Assembly: GCA_050249615.1 (NCBI GenBank)
Contig: JBFWQE010000006.1
Span: 4,539 to 68,538 of the forward strand
Direction of reading: 5' to 3'
From: Vicinamibacterales bacterium
Lineage (GTDB): Bacteria > Acidobacteriota > Vicinamibacteria > Vicinamibacterales > UBA2999
Length of the DNA stretch: 64,000 bases
Under the pieces are notes generated by a model that worked only from the letters and a program-made list of their open reading frames with translations, was not told where the DNA came from and made no database searches. Positions 19,357 through 26,697 of the stretch are shown here, one piece after another; the first letter of the stretch is position 1; every line of letters begins with the position of its first letter. The translations under genes were made by a program, and so were the position numbers.

Positions 19357-19557
19357 GCCGCCGTCTGCTGGCGTCATCTGAGCCGCCGCCTCGTGTCGCA
19401 CCGAGTCCGCTGGCTGCCGCGGAGTCGGCCGACCTCCCACGGTCTGCCGGCCCACGGCTCATCGGTCGGCACCGCCGGATGCGTGCACGCCGTGAAGGAC
19501 GAAGCTCGACGCGCTCACGCGCGTCGGACGGATGAGGGTCGTGGATTGCGTTGAGAG

Positions 19558-19632
19558 TGGTGCGCGCTCTAGGATTCGAACCTAGGACCCCCGCCGTGTG
19601 AAGGCGATGCTCTACCACTGAGCCAAGCGCGC
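19558..19632 (-). tRNA. tRNA-Val (anticodon CAC)
   Basis: The reverse complement folds as a cloverleaf: acceptor GCGCGCT/AGCGCGC, D arm GCTC..GAGC, anticodon stem TCGCC/GGCGG with loop TTCACAC, T arm CTAGG-TTCGAAT-CCTAG, and an encoded CCA. Confidence 0.95.
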
Positions 19633-19731
19633 AGCCGGATGAGAAGAGGAATGTTACCACGACCGCCCGCGGGACCGGAAGCCGCCCGTTCAGGGCCCCC
19701 ACGTCGCCTTTTGCCTTCTGCCTTTGCCGCC

Positions 19732-20352
19732 TCAGGTCGTCCCGTACAACCGATCCCCGAAGTCTCCCAGCCCGGGGACGATGAACTTGCGGTCGTTGAG
19801 TTCCCGGTCCACGACGGGGGAGAACACCGCCACGTCGGGGTGGGTGCGTTCGAGCAGCGCCACGCCCTCGGGGGCGGCCACGATGCACACCAGCGCCAGG
19901 CGCCGGGCGCCCGCGCGCTTCAGCAGGTCGAGCGCCGCCACGGCGCTGCCCCCCGTCGCCAGCATCGGGTCCACCAGCAGGACGACGCTGTCCGCCAGGT
20001 GCTCCGGCAGCCGCTCGAAGTACTGGGAAGCCACGGCGGTCTCCTCATCCCGTTTCAGGCCGATGAAGCCGACGCGCGCCAGCGGCACGAGCTGCAGCAG
20101 GCCGGGCAGCATGGCCAGCCCCGCCCGCATCACGGGCACGATGACCACGTCCACGCCGATGCGATGGCCCGTTGCCGGCCCGAGCGGCGTGACGACCTCC
20201 ACCTCGCGCTGGGGCAGATCCGCCAGCGCCTCGGCGCCAAGCACCATCGTGATGCGCTCGGTCAGTGCACGGAACTGTTCGGGGGGAGTCGAGGCGTCGC
20301 GGAGTTGAACGAGGCAGTCATGAACGACGGGATGATGGACGAGGCGAAGCAC
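19732..20352 (-). CDS. upp: Uracil phosphoribosyltransferase
   Basis: GTG start at 20352 (VLRLVHHPVVHDCLVQLRD matches the Upp N-terminus). PRPP motif is LLVDPMLATGGSA and the C-terminus has IVPGLGDFGDRLYGT. Confidence 0.9.
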   Translation of the reverse strand: MLRLVHHPVVHDCLVQLRDASTPPEQFRALTERITMVLGAEALADLPQREVEVVTPLGPATGHRIGVDVVIVPVMRAGLAMLPGLLQLVPLARVGFIGLKRDEETAVASQYFERLPEHLADSVVLLVDPMLATGGSAVAALDLLKRAGARRLALVCIVAAPEGVALLERTHPDVAVFSPVVDRELNDRKFIVPGLGDFGDRLYGTT

Positions 20353-20425
20353 GCTAGAAAGATACCTGAATCGCGCCCGAGGCGTTCGGGCGATGTCGCG
20401 ATCGCGGGGTAGAATCAGGGCGCCG

Positions 20426-21886
20426 ATGATCAGCCTCGCTGTCCCCAGAGCAATGCCGGCCCTCGCCCTCGCGCTGGTTCTCGCAGGCTGCGCGGGTCCG
20501 GCCCAGCCGAGCGAGCCGCCCGGGGAGGCTCCGGCGGCCCGGGCCGGCGCCGCACCGGTCTCCCTCATCCTCGCCAACGCCATTGTCGTCACCATGGACG
20601 GTACCGGCCGCGTGCTGACGCCCGGCAGCGTCGCCATCGACGGCAACAGGATCGTGGCGGTCGACACGCCGGAGGCGATCGCGACGAAGTTCAACGCGAC
20701 GGACCGCATGGATCTCACCGGCCACATCGTCCTGCCGGGCCTCATCAACACCCACACGCATGCGCCCATGGTGCTGTACCGCGGGCTGGCGGACGACCTG
20801 GCGCTGATGGAGTGGCTCGAAAAGTACATCTTCCCGGCCGAGGCGAAGACGGTCTCGCCCGGGTTCGTGCGCGTGGGCACGCGGCTCGCTGCGCTCGAGA
20901 TGATCCGCTCGGGCACGACGCTCTTCACCGACATGTACTACTTCGAGGAGGAAGTGGCGGCCGCGGCGAAGGAAGCCGGGATTCGCGGCGTCCTCGGCCA
21001 GACCATCATCCAGTTTCCGGTCGCCGACGCGAAGACGCCGGCAGAGGGGCTGGCGCGCGCCGAGGCCTTCATCCAGAAGTTCAGGGACGACGATCTGATC
21101 GTCCCGTCCATTGCGCCCCACTCCATGTACACGCTGGACCAGGCCACGCTCCTGGCCACGCGCGACCTGGCCGTGAAGCACGGCATCCCGCTCCAGATTC
21201 ACCTCGCCGAGACCGAGGACGAGGTGCGCATCGCGCAGGAGCGCTACAAGAAGCGGCCGGTCGCGTTCCTTGACGGTATCGGCTTCTGGGCGCCGGTCAC
21301 GCTGGGCGCACACGGCGTGTGGGTGTCACCCGAGGAGGTGACGCTGCTCCAGAAACGCGGCGTGGGCATCGCGCACAATCCCGAGAGCAACATGAAGCTC
21401 GCCAGCGGCACCGCGCCCGTTCCCGCCTACCTGAAGGCCGGGGCGAAGCTCGGGCTCGGCACCGACGGCGCCGCCAGCAACAACGACCTCGACATGTTCG
21501 AGGCCATGCGCCAGGCCGCGCTGCTGCACAAGCTCGTCTCGCGCGACCCGCGGATGGTGTCGGCGAAGACCGCGCTGCAAATGGCCACCATCGGCGGCGC
21601 GCGCGCCCTCGGCCTTCAGGATCGCCTCGGCTCCATCGAAGTGGGGAAGCTGGCCGACGTCATCGCCGTCCGCACGGATCGCCCGCGCCAGGTGCCGATG
21701 TACGACCCGGTCTCGCACCTCGTCTACGCCACGCACGGCGACGACGTGGTGCTGACGGTGGTGAACGGGCGGGTGCTGCTGAAGGACGGGGTCGTCCGGA
21801 CGCTGGACGAGGCGGCAGTCATCCGGGACGCCCGGGCCGCGGCGGACTCGGTGCGCCAGGCCGTGCAGTCACGGCCGGGCGGCTAG
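20426..21886 (+). CDS. Amidohydrolase-superfamily deaminase (MTA/SAH-deaminase or chlorohydrolase-like) with lipoprotein-type signal
   Basis: Contains LVLAGC (lipobox-like), the metal-binding INTHTH, and HLAETEDEV and GTDGAASNN motifs. An alternative start lies at 20393. Confidence 0.85.
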   Translation: MISLAVPRAMPALALALVLAGCAGPAQPSEPPGEAPAARAGAAPVSLILANAIVVTMDGTGRVLTPGSVAIDGNRIVAVDTPEAIATKFNATDRMDLTGHIVLPGLINTHTHAPMVLYRGLADDLALMEWLEKYIFPAEAKTVSPGFVRVGTRLAALEMIRSGTTLFTDMYYFEEEVAAAAKEAGIRGVLGQTIIQFPVADAKTPAEGLARAEAFIQKFRDDDLIVPSIAPHSMYTLDQATLLATRDLAVKHGIPLQIHLAETEDEVRIAQERYKKRPVAFLDGIGFWAPVTLGAHGVWVSPEEVTLLQKRGVGIAHNPESNMKLASGTAPVPAYLKAGAKLGLGTDGAASNNDLDMFEAMRQAALLHKLVSRDPRMVSAKTALQMATIGGARALGLQDRLGSIEVGKLADVIAVRTDRPRQVPMYDPVSHLVYATHGDDVVLTVVNGRVLLKDGVVRTLDEAAVIRDARAAADSVRQAVQSRPGG

Positions 21887-22395
21887 GACATCACGCCGAC
21901 GTAGGGGAGGTTGCGGTACTGCTCCGCGTAGTCCAGGCCGTAGCCGACGACGAAGCGGTCCTCGATGGTGAAGCCGATGAACTCCACCTGCACGTCCACC
22001 TTGCGCCGGGCCGGCTTGCTGAGGAGGCACGCCGTCCGGAGCGATGCCGGGCCGCGGCGGCGGAGGATGTCCTGCAGGTAGTGCAGGGTGAGACCGGTGT
22101 CCACGATGTCCTCGACGATGACGACGTGGCGTCCCTCGAGGCTGGTGTCGACGTCCTTCACGAGGCGCACCTCGCCGGACGAGGACGTGCCGGAGCCGTA
22201 GCTCGAGACGGCGATGAAGTCCAGCGTCACGCGCTCGTCCATCGACCGGACGAGGTCTGCGAGGAAGAGGAACGCGCCCTTCAGGACACAGACGAAATGG
22301 ATATCATCGTGGGGGACGGCGGCGCGGATGTCCGCGGCCATCGCGCGGATGCGGGACGCGAGCTGCTGCTGATCGATGAGGACGGCGGGCGGCAT
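21883..22395 (-). CDS. hpt: Hypoxanthine phosphoribosyltransferase
   Basis: Starts MPPAVLID at 22395. PRPP motif is VVIVEDIVDTGLTL, followed by GFTIEDRFVVGYGLDY. The stop shares a CTAG with the convergent gene. Confidence 0.92.
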   Translation of the reverse strand: MPPAVLIDQQQLASRIRAMAADIRAAVPHDDIHFVCVLKGAFLFLADLVRSMDERVTLDFIAVSSYGSGTSSSGEVRLVKDVDTSLEGRHVVIVEDIVDTGLTLHYLQDILRRRGPASLRTACLLSKPARRKVDVQVEFIGFTIEDRFVVGYGLDYAEQYRNLPYVGVMS

Positions 22396-22411
22396 GGGCG
22401 TCGAGCCTAGC

Positions 22412-23041
22412 ATGAAGACGTTTTCGATTCTCACCGAGGCCGACGCGCGGGTGCTGGAGCGCGGGTCCACCGTGGCGCTGGCGCCCGGCGGGCACATCAC
22501 GCCGCTGGCCCAGGACACGCTGCGCGAGCGGCGCATCACCGTGGTCGGGGCCGTGGCGGACGTGGACCTGTCGCGCCTGGCGCCCGTGGCGGACGTCCGT
22601 CGCGTGGTGGTGGGCGGGGATCACACGTCCGTGGCGCTCAAGAACCGCATTCGCGACGTCCTGCGGCAGCGTGGGCTGGCCGTCACCGACGTCGGCACCG
22701 ACGGGCCGGGCGCGGTGGATTATCCGGACATCGCCGCGCTGGTGGCGCGGCAGGTGGCGCGCGGCGAAGCCGACGCCGGCATCGTCATCGACGGGGCCGG
22801 GCTCGGGTCGGCGATGGCCGCCAACAAGATTTCCGGGATCCGCGCCGCGATGTGCACCACGAAGACGCTGGCCCGCTACGCACGGGAACACAACGGGGCC
22901 AACGTGCTGGCGCTGGGATCGACCCTCGTGTCGCCGGAGGAGGCCCTCGGCATCGTGGACACCTTCCTGGCCACGGCCACCACCGAGCCGCGGTACCTGC
23001 GCCGGCTCGAGAAGATCCAGCGCCTCGAGCGCACGCAGTAG
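22412..23041 (+). CDS. rpiB: RpiB/LacA/LacB-family sugar-phosphate isomerase with about 60-aa N-terminal extension
   Basis: The core begins at [16 protein letters not shown], followed by [17 protein letters not shown] and [16 protein letters not shown]. Residues 1-60 lie outside the RpiB fold. Confidence 0.85.
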   Translation: MKTFSILTEADARVLERGSTVALAPGGHITPLAQDTLRERRITVVGAVADVDLSRLAPVADVRRVVVGGDHTSVALKNRIRDVLRQRGLAVTDVGTDGPGAVDYPDIAALVARQVARGEADAGIVIDGAGLGSAMAANKISGIRAAMCTTKTLARYAREHNGANVLALGSTLVSPEEALGIVDTFLATATTEPRYLRRLEKIQRLERTQ

Positions 23042-23061
23042 ACGCCCGGGCAGGAACCGAC

Positions 23062-23931
23062 GTGACGGACTATCGACGCGTGATCGAACTGATTCTCGAG
23101 GAGCTGGTGGCGGCCGGCGCCGTGGCGCCCGCCCGTTGCGAGTGCCACGGGTTCACGTACGAGTGCTGTCCCGATCGCGTGCGGGGCGTGATGGACGCGG
23201 GCGCGACGCGACTGGGGCTGCATGCACGGGAAGGCGGCGACGGCGACGTGGCCGCGTCCATCGATCACACGCTGCTCAAGCCCGACGCCACGGCCGAGGA
23301 CATCGACAAGCTGTGCCGCGAGGCGGCGGAGTGGAGGTTCGCGACGGTGTGCGTGAACCCCACGTGGGTGGCCCGGGCCGCGGCCCGGCTTCGGGGCTCC
23401 GGCGTGGGCGTGTGCTCGGTGGTCGGCTTTCCGCTTGGGGCGACGACGCCGGACGTGAAGCAATACGAGGCCCGCCGCGCCATCTTCGACGGCGCCACCG
23501 AGATCGACATGGTGCTGAACGTGGGCGCGCTCAAGTCCGGCGACGTTCGGCTGGTGAGCGACGACATCCGCGCCGTCGTGAGCGCGTGCGCCGAACGGGG
23601 CGCGGTCAGCAAGGTCATTCTCGAAACGGCGCTGCTGACCGACGAGGAGAAGGTGACGGCGTGCACGCTGGCGAAGGCCGCCGGGGCGGATTTCGTGAAG
23701 ACCTCCACCGGCTTCGGGCCCGGCGGAGCCACCACCGCGGATGTTGCCCTCATGCGCCGCGTGGTGGGCGCCGACATGGGTGTGAAGGCGTCGGGCGGCG
23801 TGCGCGACCTGCAGCAGGTCAGGGCGATGGTGGCCGCCGGCGCTACGCGGATCGGCGCCAGCGCGGGCGTCCGCATCGTCCGGGAATCGCGCGGGGAAGC
23901 GGCGCCCACGGGAAAGGCCGGCACCTACTGA
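23062..23931 (+). CDS. deoC: Deoxyribose-phosphate aldolase with Cys/His-rich N-terminal extension
   Basis: GTG at 23062. The DeoC core includes [13 protein letters not shown] and the Schiff-base lysine context DFVKTSTGF, plus VKASGGVR. The N-terminal 70 aa contains [12 protein letters not shown]. Confidence 0.88.
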   Translation: MTDYRRVIELILEELVAAGAVAPARCECHGFTYECCPDRVRGVMDAGATRLGLHAREGGDGDVAASIDHTLLKPDATAEDIDKLCREAAEWRFATVCVNPTWVARAAARLRGSGVGVCSVVGFPLGATTPDVKQYEARRAIFDGATEIDMVLNVGALKSGDVRLVSDDIRAVVSACAERGAVSKVILETALLTDEEKVTACTLAKAAGADFVKTSTGFGPGGATTADVALMRRVVGADMGVKASGGVRDLQQVRAMVAAGATRIGASAGVRIVRESRGEAAPTGKAGTY

Positions 23932-24563
23932 TGCGCGCCCTGTCGCTTGTCTTCTTGCTGCTGGCGGTGTGCGCCCCGCCTGCCGCGGCCCAGCCGAAGG
24001 ATCCCATCGGGCCGTTCGTCGTGGATCTGCGAGGGGTCGTGTTGGGCCTCCCCACCAGCGCCGGCTGGACGCCGTCGCTGCCGGCCGACGCGGTGGTGCC
24101 TTCCCGCGGTTTCGGGCTCGAAGGCGGCGCGCATGCGCACCTCAAGAAGCTTGGAGCGGCCACCTTCGGCGTGGGCGCCACCTACTCGTGGGCGCGCGGG
24201 ACCGCTTCAGCACTGACAGAGAGCGTGCCGGACGTGACGACCCGGGCCACGATGTTCTCGCCCCAATTGTCGTTCAACTTCGGGCACCGCCTCGGGTGGA
24301 GCTACCTGAGCGCGGGCTACGGGGGAGTGAAGGTGGTGAGCGAGTCCGCGGCCATGACGGGCGTGCCCGCGGCCGCGGCCGACTCGGGTTGGGTCGGCGC
24401 CATCAATTTCGGCGGCGGCGCACGGTGGTTCATCTCCGAGCGTCTCGGCATTGGCTTCGACGCCCGCTGGCACAGGCTGTCGTCCCGTGACGCCACCGCA
24501 AATGCCCCGGCCGCGGCGCGCGCGACGATGTTCAGGCTCGCGATGGGGATCTCAGTCCAGTAG
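23931..24563 (+). CDS. Outer-membrane beta-barrel (OmpW/porin-like) protein
   Basis: Signal peptide LLLLAVCAPPAAAQP, alternating beta-strand pattern, and an aromatic-rich C-terminal strand (FRLAMGISVQ). Confidence 0.7.
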   Translation: MRALSLVFLLLAVCAPPAAAQPKDPIGPFVVDLRGVVLGLPTSAGWTPSLPADAVVPSRGFGLEGGAHAHLKKLGAATFGVGATYSWARGTASALTESVPDVTTRATMFSPQLSFNFGHRLGWSYLSAGYGGVKVVSESAAMTGVPAAAADSGWVGAINFGGGARWFISERLGIGFDARWHRLSSRDATANAPAAARATMFRLAMGISVQ

Positions 24564-24565
24564 GT

Positions 24566-25723
24566 TCAGCGCATCGCGCTGAAGAGCTCGATGTGCCCCT
24601 CGACAATCCGCTGCCGCTCCTTCTCGTTCACGTCGAAGGTCCACACGTCGCGCTCCGAGGTGCCGCCCAGGATGATGCCGTCCGATCGGGGCATCATGTG
24701 GATGCCGATGCCCGGCTCGGCGGTCTGAACGCGGGCGCCGCCGCTGGTCGAGTACTGGATTTCGGGCTGCGGGACCAGCACGGTGAGCTGGCCCTTGAGC
24801 GGAACCATGATGGGATCCCCGAAGAGCGCCTTGGCGCCCAGGCCGGTGCAGTTCACCACGAGCCCCTCGGGCAGGGCGGCCACTTCGGCCGGGGTCTCGA
24901 ACTTCCGGATCACGACGGTGCCGCCGAAGCCCACGACATCGTGCATCAACGCGTCCAGGTAGATGGACGGCTCGATGCGCATCTCCGGCCGCTCGACGGC
25001 ATAGGTGGTGGGGAAGGGGTGCTCGCCAGGCCCCAGGAGCGTGCCCGGCGTCTGGACGCTCTCGGGGAGCAGCATGTTCCGGCCGCCCGCCGCCTTCTCG
25101 TTCTCCGTTGGGCCGTAGTTGACGATCCAGCTGATGCCGTACTTCGGGCCGACCAGGAGCTGGAGCCGGCGGTAGGCGATCTCGGCTGCCTGGTGCAGCT
25201 GCGTGGTCCACTCCGGCGTGCGGGCATCGGCCTGCGAGAGCCCGGAGGTGGGCGTCCAGCCGGCCAGCGACATGTTCGACGTGGTGTCCGGCGGCACGGC
25301 GGCGGCGTAGATGGTCACATCGAAACCGCGGCGCTGCAGTTCGCGGGCCGTGGTCAGGCCGACGACGCCGGAGCCCAGGACCGCGGCGCGGCGATCGGAG
25401 TGGGACACTGCCATGTCGGCCGCCATCGAAGCCGTGCCCCACGACAGCGACATCCCCGAGCCGCCGTGGCCGTAGTTGTGAACGAGCGTCTTGCCATCGA
25501 GCTTGTCGGCGCGAAGCACGAAGCCAGCGGGCCGATACGGGCGGAGGCCGATGGTCGTGCGGATGACGCGGTCCCACGACGCCTTGACGTGCGGCAGGAC
25601 CACGGGCGACCTCCGACGTAGCGCCGGCCGCGTGGTAACAGCGGCGGACCGCGGCGCGCACGCGCCGGTCACGAGACCCAGGGCAGCCAGGCTTCCATTC
25701 CGAATCAGCGAACGACGATCCAC
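24566..25723 (-). CDS. Tat-signal FAD-dependent oxidoreductase of the D-amino-acid oxidase family; motif order suggests circular permutation
   Basis: GTG at 25723 with AAGGA 7 nt upstream. Twin-arginine signal is DRRSLIRNGSLAALGL. HNYGHGGSG comes before the Rossmann motif VLGSGVVGLTTA. Confidence 0.8.
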   Translation of the reverse strand: MDRRSLIRNGSLAALGLVTGACAPRSAAVTTRPALRRRSPVVLPHVKASWDRVIRTTIGLRPYRPAGFVLRADKLDGKTLVHNYGHGGSGMSLSWGTASMAADMAVSHSDRRAAVLGSGVVGLTTARELQRRGFDVTIYAAAVPPDTTSNMSLAGWTPTSGLSQADARTPEWTTQLHQAAEIAYRRLQLLVGPKYGISWIVNYGPTENEKAAGGRNMLLPESVQTPGTLLGPGEHPFPTTYAVERPEMRIEPSIYLDALMHDVVGFGGTVVIRKFETPAEVAALPEGLVVNCTGLGAKALFGDPIMVPLKGQLTVLVPQPEIQYSTSGGARVQTAEPGIGIHMMPRSDGIILGGTSERDVWTFDVNEKERQRIVEGHIELFSAMR

Positions 25724-25743
25724 AGGAGTTCCTTCACGAAGGG

Positions 25744-25831
25744 GGTGAAGCACGGGGGTTCGCGACACGGAGGTGCGAAACCCGGAGGTTCGAAACACAG
25801 AGGTTCAAGTCACGAAGGTTCGCGCGTGGCG
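25744..25831 (+). repeat. 15-nt tandem array (about 6 units, GGTTCGAAACACRGA-like), left arm of an inverted pair
   Basis: GGT(T/G)C recurs at 25757, 25772, 25787, 25802 and 25817 in exact 15-nt phase. Confidence 0.9.
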
Positions 25832-25891
25832 CCGATCATACGTGACGAGAGGGGCCGGTGGCCACACCCGACGCAGGCCGGAGGCTCGTTG

Positions 25892-25950
25892 CAGCTCCAC
25901 GCCCCGGGCTTCGCACCTCCGGGCTTGAACCTCTGGGCCTTGAACGTCTG
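25892..25950 (-). repeat. 15-nt tandem array (4 units) in inverted orientation, right arm
   Basis: The reverse complement reads GGTTCAAGCGCAGAC GTTCAAGGCCCAGAG GTTCAAGCCCGGAG GTGCGAAGCCCGGGG. Confidence 0.88.
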
Positions 25951-25969
25951 CGCTTGAACCAGCGTGAGA

Positions 25970-26044
25970 TGGAGCGGGAGACGGGGATCGAACCCGCGAC
26001 CAACAGCTTGGGAAGCTGTGACTCTACCACTGAGTTACTCCCGC
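25970..26044 (-). tRNA. tRNA-Gly (anticodon CCC)
   Basis: The reverse complement folds as a cloverleaf: acceptor GCGGGAG/CTCCCGC, anticodon stem ACAGC/GCTGT with loop TTCCCAA, T arm GCGGG-TTCGATC-CCCGT, and an encoded CCA. Confidence 0.95.
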
Positions 26045-26122
26045 CCGGTGGTGAGCCCTAATCTTAGCAGAAGGGCGCGGATCGGGGGAGGTCCCGCCCC
26101 CCCCAATTGTCCGGCAGCCTGT

Positions 26123-26524
26123 TCAGCGCGTCGGCGGCACCGACTGACAGCAGGGCATGCCGCAGTCCCCACAGCAGTCGCCAGCCTTCGCGTCCTGACA
26201 ACAGCCGGCGCCGCGTGGCGCAGCCGGCTTCGACGGCCGGTCGCAGCACCCGGCGTCATCCGTCGCGTTCGCGGCGATCGCCGGGGGCGCGCTCGTGAGC
26301 ACGGGCACGAGCACCGAAGCGGCGAGGGCATCGGCCTGCGCGTCGACCGGCAGAACCAGGGCGGGCGGCAAGAGAACGGCTGCCGCGAGGGCGTCGCCGT
26401 CGGAGGCGGCCATCGCAGGGCATTCGGCCCTGGCCGCCATCGTCCACTCGGGGGACTGAGCCAGCGCCGCCGAGGGAAAGGCGACGGCGCACGTGAGGGC
26501 GATGAGAGCGTGTCCGAGAGCCAT
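26123..26524 (-). CDS. Small secreted cysteine-rich protein (four CC doublets at the C-terminus), unknown function
   Basis: Starts MALGHALIALTCAVAFPSAALAQS (signal peptide). Strong GC3 bias. The C-terminus is GCCDRPSKPAAPRGAGCCQDAKAGDCCGDCGMPCCQS. Confidence 0.6.
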   Translation of the reverse strand: MALGHALIALTCAVAFPSAALAQSPEWTMAARAECPAMAASDGDALAAAVLLPPALVLPVDAQADALAASVLVPVLTSAPPAIAANATDDAGCCDRPSKPAAPRGAGCCQDAKAGDCCGDCGMPCCQSVPPTR

Positions 26525-26540
26525 GATGGCGGTGAAAGAG

Positions 26541-26556
26541 GCACAAGGCCTGCCAA
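26541..26556 (-). promoter_or_regulatory. Candidate sigma-54 (-24/-12) promoter motif facing the Cys-rich gene
   Basis: The minus strand reads TTGGCAGGCCTTGTGC, with GG and GC at the consensus spacing (TGGCAC-N5-TTGC). It would leave only about a 5-nt leader before the ATG at 26524. Confidence 0.3.
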
Positions 26557-26654
26557 CGCACTGGGTCGCTGGTGCGGCGGAACCGCGCGCCGCGGGTGGG
26601 TGGCTGTCGGAGAACCGGCGGCCGGGGCCGCGATCTCGGCGATGACGCGGTGGG

Positions 26655-26669
26655 TGGCATATCATGGGC
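26655..26669 (+). promoter_or_regulatory. Candidate sigma-54 (-24/-12) promoter motif facing the PQQ dehydrogenase gene
   Basis: TGGCATATCATGGGC has correct GG-N10-GC spacing but a weak -12 element. The predicted start near 26680 precedes the GAGGAG SD (26686-26691) and the ATG at 26698. Confidence 0.3.
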
Positions 26670-26697
26670 GCATCGTCTTCGCCCCCGAGGAGCCCTG

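Noticed and set aside
19401-19428. Hairpin CCGAGTCCGC-N8-GCGGAGTCGG downstream of argH as an intrinsic terminator.
   Set aside because: The 10-bp stem has an internal mismatch and no following T-tract. This is not distinguishable by eye from random GC-rich self-complementarity, so I did not list it as a feature.
19706-19726. Three heptamers (GCCTTTT GCCTTCT GCCTTTG) between upp and tRNA-Val.
   Set aside because: Only three units are present. This is too short to distinguish from chance or to link to the heptamer arrays at 62561-62677, whose unit is different.
25745-25957. 70-aa ORF MKHGGSRHGGAKPGGSKHRGSSHEG...
   Set aside because: Its periodic sequence is simply the translation of the 15-nt repeat arms. 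It has no start context and no coding bias outside the repeats.
19558-26044. tRNA genes as possible integration sites of a genomic island.
   Set aside because: There is no integrase, no direct repeat of a tRNA 3' end, and no compositional break visible. The flanking genes are housekeeping (argH, upp, hpt, deoC).
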